From Paragordius varius (taxonomy: Eukaryota > Animalia > Nematomorpha), in contig OZ176051.1 in assembly GCA_964247055.1 (NCBI GenBank), positions 11,470,001 through 11,534,000 of the forward strand: DNA of 64,000 nt, read 5' to 3'. The position numbers and the translations under genes are program-made. Below, in pieces: positions 12,187-24,504 of this stretch (position 1 is its first letter; each line of letters begins with the position of its first letter). Below the pieces are notes generated by a model. That model was not told where the DNA came from, did not search any database, and saw only the letters and a program-made list of their open reading frames with translations.

Positions 12187-14150
12187 CAGTGGCGTACTGA
12201 GCATTTGCGGCGCCCGGGACATAAAACTCTTATGACGCCCCCTCCCCCACATCATTTTGAAAGCCAATAAAACAATTAAGTAAAAAGATATAAACGTCCT
12301 TAAAAGCTTCATTAAAATCAATTTTAGGATCTTGCAATCTATGTTAAACCCTATTCATTCTTATAAGTATTTGATGCCAGAAATTAGGGTTAAAAAATTG
12401 AAATTTAAAACACTCTGAAGTAAATTGGATGCCTCACTTTTTCACAAGTATTTAAAATATTTTTACTTATACAAATAGCTCTCTCAAATCATCTATTCCC
12501 TCAAGAATGGCCACGCTTAACAGTTTTTATAGTTTATTTTTATAGGTACCATCTAATAGTTTAATAAAAAAAAGATGGATATTTTTAGTTATTCCAAAAC
12601 AGGTCACAACAATAACATCTCGTTCTACCGTGACTCCTATTAAATCAAGGAATGATTGTCAATTGACAAATATTGCGCTTTTATTTTTTCCAGAAATCTC
12701 ACAGCTGCATTATCATAGCATTGAGATCTACAATTTAATAACTGAATATTATCCATATTTTAATTTTCCAGACCGTTTTAATTGACATTGCATCTTTGTT
12801 TAATAACTGAAAAAAACCCAAAAAGGATTCCTTTATGACAACTTTCTTTTTCTCATGATCAATTAACACCATGGTAACTTGAAAAATTAGTTCCCGATGC
12901 TCTATATCTGGCGTTGAATCATCAGTCCCTAATATTTACTTTTTTTATCTCATTGATCAATTAAGCTTACAACTCTTGAAGCTAAAAGATGTATAAACAC
13001 GTTTTGAATTTTGGATGAAACATAGGATAAAGTGTTAGGAGATTTTATTTCTCATGTGTTCTACCATTATTGACTAATACCGAGCTACATGTCTTAGTAA
13101 AGATAAGATTCCAGGATTCGGGCTAAGTCATCTAGATACAGATCGATCAAAAAGTAGGCATCAATAACAATACTCAGATCTGTTCTTTGATAATATAAAA
13201 ACCAAGACCTCTCACTTTTAAATCCTTCTTTTTTACCGACACATCTAAAATCAAGATTGGGGCATTGAACGTGATTTTTTGTTTCAAAGAGATGGCATTT
13301 ATTATGATATACTTGAGGTCCACGAAAAATTTCTGTGCGAAGCTGATTCGATATTACGGGAGGAACATTATTAATAGAAAAAGGCGACATCATTAAACTC
13401 TATAGATATAGCGCTTGGAAAAACTAATGGTATATTTGCAGTTTTCTCATCTCTATATATTGGATCAATAATAGGGTTTCTGGTGTATTAAAGTTATTAT
13501 TAAGGGGTGCCGTTATGTTTGTGTCGCATACACTTTTAATGTTAGGGTCAGATATTTTCGTTAAATAAAATTCATAATCATTCGCATTTTATTTGTTTTA
13601 TTCTCTTCATAAATTTTTTGTTTCCTATTTGCATAACCGTTTGTTTAGGCATTGATATCTGATGAAAATGAAAGTAATTATAAAAAATACAAGGCTATAT
13701 TAATAATAAAAACTTACCCTGTTAGAGATGGAATGATCTTGTTAATAAATAAAATTGGGTTTTGAAATTGAATATGTATAAAATAAAAATGCAATTATAA
13801 ATTATAAGAATAAGAGATAAGGTTTTGAACAGAGCGAGAAGTTAAAATTATTTAATTAAAGGCAATAAAAGAATTAACAACATGTGCTTGATAAAGAAAC
13901 GTTTTTTAAGCGAAAAGATAAGTTTGCAGATGTTGAAGTGAATAATGAATGTTGTTTTTTGATAATGTTTGATCTTGATCTCATTTATATATTTTTAAAT
14001 TATTTTAGGGATTACCTAAGTTGCTGAAAAATGATTTTTAAATTAAATTTAATTTGAAAAAATCATTCAGGCGCCCCTAAATAACGGCGCCCGGGGCATG
14101 ATGCACCCCCTTGCCCCCCCCCCCCCCCCCCCCCCAACGGTACGCCACTG
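12187..14150 (-). mobile_element. hAT transposon family A with decayed ZMYM1-like transposase
   Basis: Perfect 11-bp TIR CAGTGGCGTAC / GTACGCCACTG. Exact TSD ATTCAAAG at 12179-12186 and 14151-14158. GC-rich subterminal GGCGCCC motifs. Minus-strand CRSQCYDNAA near 12715 and FWHQILIRMN near 12370. Confidence 0.9.
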
Positions 14151-14469
14151 ATTCAAAGGTTTTCGGGGCATCAAAGTATGCATTAGCGAATTTACCTATT
14201 CAACTCTTTATATATCGATATTAAAAAAATGCATATTACCAAAAGCTCAGATAGTTTTAACGGTAAACACGTTTTTATAACATTTGAAATAGCTATTTCG
14301 TGGTAATTTATGTTCATCAGTAAAAATAAAACGGTTATTTATTTGGGATAATTAACAAATGTTTTGCATAACACACATATTTGTTGTCCGTTTTTCAAGA
14401 TATTTAGCACCTGTCCACAAAATTTGGGTGATTATGCGCTAATCGAAATTGAAGCGTTTGCAAGTGTTA

Positions 14470-14731
14470 TTTCGACGCTCACTTAGTATGAATTATTTAT
14501 ATAGAAAATATCTCCTAAAATGATAATCAACCATAATATCTCAACTTTCTCATTAATTTTTGAATTATATTATCCTTAATTTTCACTTTTTGCCTAATTT
14601 CGATTTCTCTTAATATTTCAACTAGGTCGTCAACAGATTATAATTTTTGCAGGAAATGAATTCACTGGTCATAAGCTATTTCATAAAAAAAATTTTGTTA
14701 AAAAATTAACCCTCTTTTTTGCACACACAGT
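14470..14731 (-). repeat. Solo terminal arm of foldback family E
   Basis: Matches 39720-39935 and ends in tttgcacacacagt, the reverse complement of the actgtg(a)gcaaaa terminus at 38725. Confidence 0.7.
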
Positions 14732-15839
14732 TTTAGTATTTTTTCATTCAAAATTATTCCTATTATATCTTTATTTGTTTCAAATTAATTTTCTGCTAAC
14801 AATAATTAATGCTTTAAACCAGTGGCCAAAAGGAAGCAAAGTTCCCAAGAAAAATCTAGGGAGGCGCGAAAAATTTGGAGAAATTCTTAATATATGTTAT
14901 AAACATAATGTTTATTATTATTATTTAATTAGTTTATTTAATATTATTTATAAAATTTTTAAGTTAAAGTATTGGGAAGTGATCATTGCTAAATTATATA
15001 AATTCACACATATTGTATCTAATTATTTTCTCTGTTATTTAAAAATGCTGAAATTCGAATGGGCATTATAATATTATTTAAATATAAAGAATAATGTAAT
15101 ACATTCGTACAGGTCTTCTATGTGAATGGTCAATAAATTAACAATAAATCCATTTAAAGTTTATGTAAACACTGAACTAGAGGAGGCATTAACGTTGGAA
15201 ATAATTTATACCAAGAAATTTTGGATAAAAGCGACAAGTAGCACGGGTTAATTTCATTTAAAACGAATAAAAGCATTATGTATAAAACTTTTTATGAAAC
15301 TTTAGTTAAAATATTTACATCATTAAACCCCACGACATTTTTACAATTTTAAAGAATCCTATTGATTTTTTTTGAATTTTAGCCGCTTTACTTTTGAATG
15401 AGGCAATTTATTGAGAAGACTAATAATTTCATGTATTTTACATAAAATAATTAGCCTTTTAAATAAGCTGTGGTATTAAAGCGGCCAAACAAAAATATAT
15501 TAACATTTTATATAAAATTAGTTTCTTAAGGTTTTATACTAAAGTTTTAGTCTAAAGCTTTTATTATTTCATAATGCATTTAATTTTTGGGTTAGATGGA
15601 ATAACCCGTCTACTTGTAAGTGACAAATAATAAGCTCGACTAAAAAGATGTCATATGAAATTTGCATATAAGGCCCTAATTTACAAGCAAATATTAAAAC
15701 AGCTAAATATATGTATTTAAGCTATAAAATTTAATTATTCTTGAGACATATTATAAAGTTAAATTTGATTTTCATTATAAAAAAATATAAAATTTAGAAA
15801 CATAACTAAAGACACATACACTATATATATCCTTTTTTA

Positions 15840-16030
15840 GTTAGCAATACTTTTTCAAAAGCAACACTTTATTAAGCAAACGCAAAATTTTTAATCCAAA
15901 CGCATTATTTCTTCGATCTAACTCAACGTTTTTTAACCGAACGCAACATTTTGTCCACATCCAATATTTTTGGTTCCATTTGGATAGAATGCGTTTGTTT
16001 GAAAATGTTGCGTTTGGTTGAAAAATGGTA
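15840..16030. repeat. Family G ~21-bp units in direct, then inverted, orientation (MITE-like subterminal repeats)
   Basis: Units gcaacacttt, aaacgcaaaattt and gaacgcaacattt, followed by inverted aatgcgtttg and aatgttgcgtttgg. Confidence 0.5.
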
Positions 16031-16739
16031 TATATGTGGAATATAGTGTATCAAAGAAGGTTAACTTTTTGATGATTACGAACAAAAAATTAAACTAATC
16101 TTTTTATCCAATATTGTCGTTATAGTAAACTTAAAAATCATAACATTTGCGATACAATCGACATTTTTTAATATGTTCAATGATATGGCCAATAACATAA
16201 TAAAATTCTTATATCGATGATAATTAAGTTGAATTACTTGTAATAATATAGCTAAATTCGATTCATGTGCGATTTATTGACCCATGTTAAAATAAGTTAC
16301 TTACGTACTTTTACTTATCTCCTTATGCGTATGTTTTTTTACTTATACTTACTTTTTTAAATAAATATCACACATTCAACATAAGTCTGATCCTGGTAGA
16401 CTTTTTAAATTAAAAGTGTTTTTACCGTTTCCACTCTTTAAAATACCTAAATTGCTATCAAAAACCCTAAACTAATTTAAGGCAAAATATTTATCGGAAA
16501 GTTTATGTCAATACATATTTAAAACATTTATTGTGCAATATAGGTATTTTTGTAATTTTAATAAAACTTGCTCATTTTAGACGGGTCCGAAAACTAGACT
16601 ATCAGATCTAACATCTAAATTTAAATATATATATAATTATTATTTTGCATTTTATATATAGGTTCTAATATATTATAATAATAAAATTTGGAATAGGTCA
16701 TTTACCTCTCACCAAAAATATTTTATTAGCATAAGGTGC

Positions 16740-16880
16740 GCAAACTTCAAAATATTTTGATATGGAGCAGTTGCCACAAATGTTTCATTAACTTTCATAT
16801 GTGACCCATAAGGCACCGAAATAACATGATAATCCTGATACTTTTTTCTATCAGAAGATTATGATTTATCAGGATACAAC
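16740..16880 (+). repeat. Family F partial copy
   Basis: Contains gttgccacaaatg...catgataatcctgatacttttttctatcagaa. Confidence 0.55.
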
Positions 16881-17094
16881 ATATACTGATTTTGTGCGCA
16901 GTGTTTATATAAATCAGGGATACGCTTTGTTCGGTAAACAAAAGTGTTCTAAAAAATTATGACAAAAACAAAAAATTGAGTTTCAATCAATATTTAATGA
17001 TTATTTAGTAAATTTATCATCCATTGGACTTAAAACAAATAAGAAAACCAAAAATTATCAAAGCAGTTCGTGAAAATATTTGTGTTATACAACC

Positions 17095-17097
<3 letters not shown>

Positions 17098-17135
<38 letters not shown>
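17098..17135. repeat. (TA)n microsatellite
   Basis: Pure TA run. Confidence 0.95.
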
Positions 17136-17141
<6 letters not shown>

Positions 17142-18789
17142 GTGTTGTTCAATAAAAATATATTCTTAATGTTTGTATGTAGGCTAATGGTGAAAATATA
17201 TTTGACATAAGTCAAAAAAATTAATAATTCATGATTTGGTTTGACGAATAAATTTTTGAACTTTTTTTGTGAAAAAAATATTTTGGAGGAAACTTACTAA
17301 TAAATCATTTATTTTTATAAAAGACAACTAAAGCTTTGGTTAAAGTTTTTATGTCTTGTGAAGAATTGCCCAAAGTCATTTTTTACTTTAAGTAATATTA
17401 CCATATTATTTGACAGTATGAACCAATGTAGTTGACACTTTTTATTACTTTTTTATGACAGTTGAGAAATTGCAATGTATTTGCCTTTTTTACATGGAAT
17501 TTATTTTGATTATTTTACAAGTCACAATAATTTGCGATGCTTATCGATAATTATTTTATTCATTATGGCATATAAGATTTAATTGCTATATCACTTAAAA
17601 AATTTCAATAATTATGTAGAAAAGTTATTTATTTGTGGAAAAATAATTTAATATTTAATATATACCAAACGAAAATTTTATTTGATACAATTAATATAAA
17701 AGTTTAAAATGGTATTTTACATTTAAAAAATTTCACACAACTAGTATAATATTATTTATTGGCTTTCGAAAACTTAAAATTATTTTTAATTTAAAAATGA
17801 TATGTTACCTAATTTTCATGGTAAAACCGGTTAATAAAATTAAAATGTTCCTTCCTGTTACAAATTATGCATCTAAGTAATTGAATCGGTTATAAATGAT
17901 AATTTGTTTTATAGGGTTTGCAAATCTATTTCATTAATACATGCTATGATTAAAATTCTTAGTTTTATGTAACAAGCGACTACTTGTTATAATTAAATAA
18001 TTTTTTCGTCTATAAAAAAAATTTTTTGTTTATTCAAATATATACCATTATGAAATATCTTATACAAGTATTTAAAACTTATTGTGTTTATGAGTCGGAA
18101 ATTTATCTCATCATATGATTCAAAATTTCATTTTTTATATTGTTAATTCAAATAAATAATTATAGTTTAATTTGGTCCAATGCCTACCCCAAAAGCATTT
18201 TTCTGGACAGAGTGATTATGTTAACACCTTCAGTTTTTACAGGAGCTTAAATTGATTTGAAAAACGGTATTCGATAAGAGTGTCCGGTACTGAAACGAAT
18301 CGATTTACGTTTCGTTTCCAATTTATAAAAAATTGTTATTGGTTTTGTAAAATATAATGGTTAAATATAAATTAATATCGATAAAAATTGACAACTTTGG
18401 AAGAGTTGATAAACAACATTTACATAGTGTTGGACGTTGGCATGCGTTTGTATTTTAAAAGACAGTTTTAGAACTTAAATAATATTCTTTTTATACTTAT
18501 TTTTATTTTAATCAATAGACTTTTATGTAGGGACAATGATTAAATCAATAATATTTTAATATTCACATATTATGCAAATTTTTAATATTATTCACAAAAA
18601 ATAAACTGTTTCTACAGGAAACTTTTATATTTAATAAATAAACCACACACATACAACACATACAATAGATTCTACATATACAATAACAAGATATAAAGCA
18701 ACTCAACTCATTTCTTATCAGTTAATACATTTTTATAACATATAAAATTATTATTATTAACTTTTATTCGCAAAAATAAATTCCAAACA

Positions 18790-19018
18790 ATGAATGGTCA
18801 TTCCATTACAAACGGTTGCTGTCACCACGAACAAAATGATTTCTACGAGCTAATAGAAAAAGCTTCAGATTACATCAATAGCAAAGTGCCTAAGGATTGG
18901 CCGGAAAAGCCATCTTTTGGTATTATTTGTGGTTCCGGACTTCATCAAATTGGAAAAATATTGGAGGAATCTATCACTATTCCCTATGAAACCATACCTG
19001 GCATGTCAGTGAGCAAAG
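18790..19018 (+). CDS. PNP: Purine nucleoside phosphorylase (trimeric PNP family), exon 1 of 5; gene 18790-22112, 330 aa
   Basis: MNGH...FGIICGSGL...IPYETIPGMSVSK. Phase-1 donor g|gtaatt at 19019. Confidence 0.95.
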
Positions 19019-20024
19019 GTAATTTCGTTATGAAATTTTGCTATATTTTTTATATATCCAAAATTTAGTAAATGAACCACAACCAATGGGTTACAAACGG
19101 ATAAAAAATTTTCATATATAATAATCTAATTTGAAGAAAATGTCGCCATTTGTTAAATGTATGTCATACAATTTTAAACAGGGCTATTATTAAATGTTTC
19201 TTTTAACTAAAGTTCGGAATTTAACAAAAAATTTCTCATAGATTAGGAATGGCTTATTCCTGTTACACACTCCATGCATAAGCAAAATCATTTTTGAAAA
19301 CAAGAAAACTTATTTATCGAAACCCAGACATTTTCTCTTACAAGGCATTTTTTAAATCTACTCCGCAATCTAATTTAACTTAAAATGATAGCTAAATGGT
19401 AATTATGTTTTAAATAATAATGTTGATTAGCATAAAAGTTATGGGGATAGTTCGTTTGCAAAAAGAATATTAGAACGAAAAAAGGGTCCTGAGTTTGAAT
19501 TAGAAAATGTATAATTTTCAGACTTATATAATTGGTATTTTATAAATATTCACGAATACCTATAAAGTTAGTTGCTTTAGTGTTTTGGGAATACAAATAA
19601 TGTATAATAACTAACTAAAATATAGGGATATAAATTTTGAAATTTGATCATATTAATTCTGTAAATTAGTTACAAATAATTTATAGCCTCGTTATAAAAG
19701 GTTAGTATCCAAATACATAACCTAAAACCTTTAATCAGTATTCAATAAAATATGTTTAATTTATTATCTTACTAATATATTATGTAATTGAAAAAATTTC
19801 CTTATATTAACGCGTTTGCATGTTATGTTTGTTATAGGAGTTATAGGTTGAAAAAGTTTTCAACGGTTCGATAAAAAATAGATATTTTATTTTCTTTAAT
19901 TTATTTTATAAAACCAGTTTGGGCTATTCATCAAACCAACCACTATTTATTCGAATATTTTAACGTATTTCATTCTAATAAATTAGTGTTATATTAAAAA
20001 TAATCTTTTAAATTACAATATAAA

Positions 20025-20202
20025 TAAGTATTCCTTACTAGAAAGTTATTAATTATTGCCAAAAAGTTACGAAAACAAATGGCAGTATTATTGGCTTATA
20101 TATATTTTTTTCACTTTATATTATTATTAGCCAATTATTTCCTTTTGTTTTCTTAACTTTTCAATAATTACTAACTTTCTAGCAATGTATACTTACTCAT
20201 AA
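20025..20202. mobile_element. Hairpin MITE family H in PNP intron 1
   Basis: Palindromic arms ctagaaagtt..ttattgccaaaaag / caataatt..actttctag; homologous to 35287-35470. Confidence 0.65.
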
Positions 20203-20364
20203 TGTTTTTTGTATGGCTCATTGCCTATACTCCTTATAGTTATAAAACTGATTGCGTATAAACTATTTTATGTTAAGCAATAATTTATTTACAAAAATTA
20301 TTAAGTTGTTTAAATGTTATTCGAAATATAAAAAGTGGAAATGTAAATAAGATTCATATGTTAG

Positions 20365-20468
20365 TTCTTGGTCACCAAAATTCAGTTGTTATGGGGAAAG
20401 TGAAAGGACATGTTGTAGTCTGCTTCCAGGGCCGATCTCATTACTATGAAGGCAATCCCATGTGGAAG
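20365..20468 (+). CDS. PNP: PNP exon 2
   Basis: ttag| (V)LGHQNSVVMGKVKGHVVVCFQGRSHYYEGNPMWK |gtaaaa. His64, Arg84, His86 and Tyr88 equivalents are present. Confidence 0.95.
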
Positions 20469-20545
20469 GTAAAAAATGCATATATAATTATAAATAACGC
20501 TTACTTAAGTTTTGGCACCGCTTAAAATATTTTCCATATTCGAAG

Positions 20546-20721
20546 GTTACTATGCCAGTACGAATTATGAAGCTATTAGGGTGTCACACACTTATTATTA
20601 CCAATTGCGCAGGTGGAATCAACCCAAAGTTTAAAGTGGGGGATATAATGGTTATGAAAGATCATATCAATTTTGTGGGACTAGCAGGAGAAAATGCATT
20701 GCGTGGACCTAATAACCCAAA
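20546..20721 (+). CDS. PNP: PNP exon 3
   Basis: gaag| VTMPVRIMKLLGCHTLIITNCAGGINPKFKVGDIMVMKDHINF...LRGPNNP(K) |gtatac, phase 2. Confidence 0.95.
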
Positions 20722-21290
20722 GTATACGCAATACTTTGTAAAAAAATTAATAATAAATAAATTCGTTAAGAAATTTTTTTGAAATGTTAAAATAATAATT
20801 GTTATAAAAAGTTTGTCCTATTTAACCGACCCACAACTTTCAAAGCAGTCAAGTAGTTATATAATATATTGAGATTTCCCGGAGAACATTTTAAAATTAA
20901 ATTAACCAATCATTGACAGGGTATAAATTGAAAAATATTCAGTGAATTGGCATAAAGGTTCCCCTGACACTGACTGTAAACACGTTGGAAAAAAAACTCA
21001 AAATCTTTCTAACATATGTTAATTTATATAATTTAAACGTAAGATAAGATCGGATTTTAGATTATGTGCAAAATAGGTCAATTCAATATCCATTTTTCCC
21101 GCCAGATAAATTAAGATTTACTCTACTGTTATGTTTAAGTATTAATTTTAGTTATTAAATTAAGAAATAAAAATGCAAATATGGATATCCAACCTCTAGC
21201 CATTTTGTCCAAAAAATAAGCAAATGTCCCAAAATTCTTATTTATATTTAAGGGATATATTTTAAAAACTAATATGCTATGTGTTAAACT

Positions 21291-21293
<3 letters not shown>

Positions 21294-21323
<30 letters not shown>
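21294..21323. repeat. (TA)n microsatellite abutting the PNP exon-4 acceptor
   Basis: The TA run goes straight into ag at 21323-21324. Confidence 0.95.
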
Positions 21324-21324
<1 letters not shown>

Positions 21325-21325
<1 letters not shown>

Positions 21326-21515
21326 TTTGGAACACGATTTCCACCCATGGAATATTGTTATGATAAGCGGCTCCGATCTAAAGTTAATCAGTTATTCCGC
21401 AAACATCATTTAAGTCATATGCATCAACAAGGAGTTTACTGTTGTATTGGTGGACCGTGCTATGAAACATTTGCTGAATATCGAATGCTTAAAGTTATTG
21501 GATCCGATGCTGTAG
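21325..21515 (+). CDS. PNP: PNP exon 4
   Basis: FGTRFPPM...GVYCCIGGPCYETFAEYRMLKVIGSDAV(G) |gtttga. The Glu201 equivalent is present. Confidence 0.95.
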
Positions 21516-21819
21516 GTTTGAATTGTTGAATTTAAAAGTAGAAGAATGTTTTTACGATATTGATGTGAGTCTGTTATTTAAAAATTATTTTCGATATTTA
21601 TATTCTAAAACTCTATGACTAAAGCTTAATTCTATATATTTTTGATACCTATAACGGATGCTAGTTTGATATTTTAGTAGTTTTTAACAGGAAAAGGAAG
21701 GTACAGGGTACCAATCTTTCACCAGTTAAATAAAAGGCTTATGGATTATACAGTTACAATTTAAAGGAAATATCTATATTCAAATCATATAAATTTGTCA
21801 TTCTTTACGCCTGTTTTAG

Positions 21820-22112
21820 GCATGAGTACGGCACATGAGGTAACCGTGGCCCGGCATTGTGATATGAAAGTTGTAGGACTAAGCCTAATATCTGACATTG
21901 TTAATACACATGAAATGGAGGAAATGTTGAATGAAAGTGCAGATAGTGATTCTGACGATATCAATCCCCATTCTACAGTAAATGGCTCGAATGTGGTTAA
22001 AGCCACTAGTAATGGTACTAGCACAGTAAGTCATGATCAAGTCTTGGCAAGTGCCGAAAACTCTGTTCAACATTTGGCTCTTATCATTAAAAATTTGATT
22101 ACGTCTCTTTAA
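21820..22112 (+). CDS. PNP: PNP exon 5 (terminal)
   Basis: ttttag| (G)MSTAHEVTVARHCDMKVVGLSLISDIV...VSHDQVL...ITSL*. Exon lengths 229+104+176+191+293 = 993 nt give one open frame. Confidence 0.95.
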
Positions 22113-23261
22113 AAATATTAATTTTATAAATCGGGTTATTAGGTCATCAATCTTTTAGCGAAACAAATTATTTATAAGGTGCTATTAGCCTAATTAATTT
22201 TAAAATTTTTTATGAGATTGTACAATAGTGTTTTATAGGATATTTTTTTTATACAACATTAAAACAATAATAAATAATGGTTTTGAAATTTTTTACGTAT
22301 TATGCATTTAGGTTCATTTTTTAGGCTTTCTGATTGTATTCGAATTCATTCGTTTCCGAAATATAAAATATAAAGGTCACTTTGCATAAAAAACTGATTT
22401 AATCACTATATAGTATTATTTATCAAAATAAATAATACCTGTTCAAATAAGGCATGATTTTTTTACGGTTGATTTAATTAACTACGATATAGAGTAAACG
22501 TTACCTAAACTTGTTTGTGATAAATCAAAGTTAACAGAAAAGTCTCAAAGATATAACTAAAGTTTCACTTTTGTCTAACGCCTTTTTGGACACTATAATA
22601 TTTTTAAATGATTAGTTCATGCGGTGGTAAGATCTTAATAACACTTGGATACAACATTCATTTCAGACCTTAGATTCAAATTGGGGTAGATAAATACCCT
22701 AGGCCTGTTTAAAATTAAATACTTAAAAAAATATGAAAAAATCGAAATCATGGCTAAATTTTGCACTTACATAACAATAAACCGAAAAATAGAAAATATT
22801 TCGTTCTAAAATATTGATATTAATTATTTTGAGGTAAAACCTAAAGGTAAAAATTTCGTCACATATGTGCATTAGCTAACATGAAAAATAAAACAATATA
22901 AACCATTTTTTCTATTCCTATCAATGTTAGATGTGATTTAAATAAAAAAATTAGCTTTGCGAAATTTTCAAAAATGATGTAGAATAAAAATAGCCTCAAA
23001 GTAGTTTGACATGGACTTTTTTTTTAAACTAATTATTATTTTATATAATTTTGATTAGGATAAGAGAATAAATTTAAATTTAGACAGTTTCCTACAGTAG
23101 TTTTTTAAGAATATTAACTTAAATACAGTTTGGGATTTCTAGATACCCCAAATTGAATCGAAGTGTCAAATATGTGTGTTGTTAAATAACTTTCCAATTT
23201 GTTTAAAAATATAAACATATACTTAAGTAAACTCTTTTACATTTATACATATATTATAATA

Positions 23262-24500
23262 CTAGCGGGCCCTTTCACGCTTCGCTGTGACGTAGTCTCA
23301 CCAATAATTATTTTTAATATACAATGAATAGAAGTAATGAAGATAAAAAAATAATAAAAAACATATTTAAAATGTCTTTAATTTTCTTTTACAGATTTTT
23401 GCATAGGCTGAAATACTGTTAACTCGAAATTGACCATATTTAAACTGCCTCTTATAAAGTTAATATTCAACTATCATTGGAATTATTTTAAGATTTCCGT
23501 TTTACGAAACGATTTTTAAACGTTTATTTTAAAATTGTGTACACACAGCTGGGATCAAGGAATATAAGTAAATCATTTGTGGTCCCTTTTTAAAGGTAAG
23601 ACTGATATTATACAAATTCCCAAGAAATTTTAACTGAACTCGTATGGCTTCTTAGGTTTTTAGAAAATTAGCTCCAAGACCACGCCATTTTTCTATGTCC
23701 CAGTTTTAAACCGATAGACCCTTACCCATAGACCTATATGAAAATAGCGCTGAGATTTTTGCCTTTATAGGGCAAATATTTGGAATCATCTTTGATAGCA
23801 TCGTCTCATAGGTTATTTGAAAAAATACCTCAACACTAAATTATTGTTATATGATGGCGTATTTTTAGGGCATAAAGGCCCCAAATTAACGGCTAATAAA
23901 AAACGCCTGACCTTAATGCCTAGTTACGCGGAATATTTCAAGCTTTAATGAGCTCATATGGCTTCAAAAATTTTCTCTAAATTAACTCCTAAACAACGCA
24001 ATTATGATATGATGGCGCAGTTTTAGGCGGGTAGCCTACCCAGGGGTGATACAAAAAAAGCGCTTATTAAAATTTCCTTTTTACGGCGACCTGGAATCAT
24101 GATTGATTCCAAATGGTCTCATAAGTTTTTGGGAAAAATGCCTCAAAACTAAAAAATCATTCTATGGTAGTTCATTTTTCAGGGCCTGAAGGGCCTAATT
24201 AACTGCTAATTTCAAACAACGCACGACCTAAATTTTTGCGTTGTTACAGGTAATATTTTAGCAGCTATTGAACTCATATGGCCTGATAGTAAGTAAAAAA
24301 AATCATACCTGAGATCGAATGGTTCAACATATTTTCCGGAAAATGTCTCAAAGACACGATTTCGAAAAACCCGTTTTTTACACGGGGTGGGTCCGAACTG
24401 GGGGCCTAATTCAAAAAAAGAGCGAAGCTATTGTCGGGGCATTCATTAATGATTATATTTTTTTGACATTTGGATTTGAACTACTGGTTTTCCAAAACAT
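23262..24500 (-). mobile_element. Non-autonomous Helitron family C, copy 1 (intact 3' end)
   Basis: Minus strand ends cacagcgaagcgtg (GCGAAGC-type hairpin) aaagggcccg CTAG|T at 23262. About 45 bp are missing at the 5' end, and there is an internal deletion of about 250 bp. Confidence 0.85.
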
Positions 24501-24504
24501 CCTT

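Noticed and set aside
17030-21344. ORFs with IYIYIY runs (17030-17215, 21135-21344)
   Set aside because: Translations of (TA)n microsatellites.
22026-22031. Perfect GTAAGT donor consensus inside PNP exon 5
   Set aside because: Using it would remove the conserved His257 equivalent and the C-terminal helix that follow in frame; it is simply Val-Ser codons.
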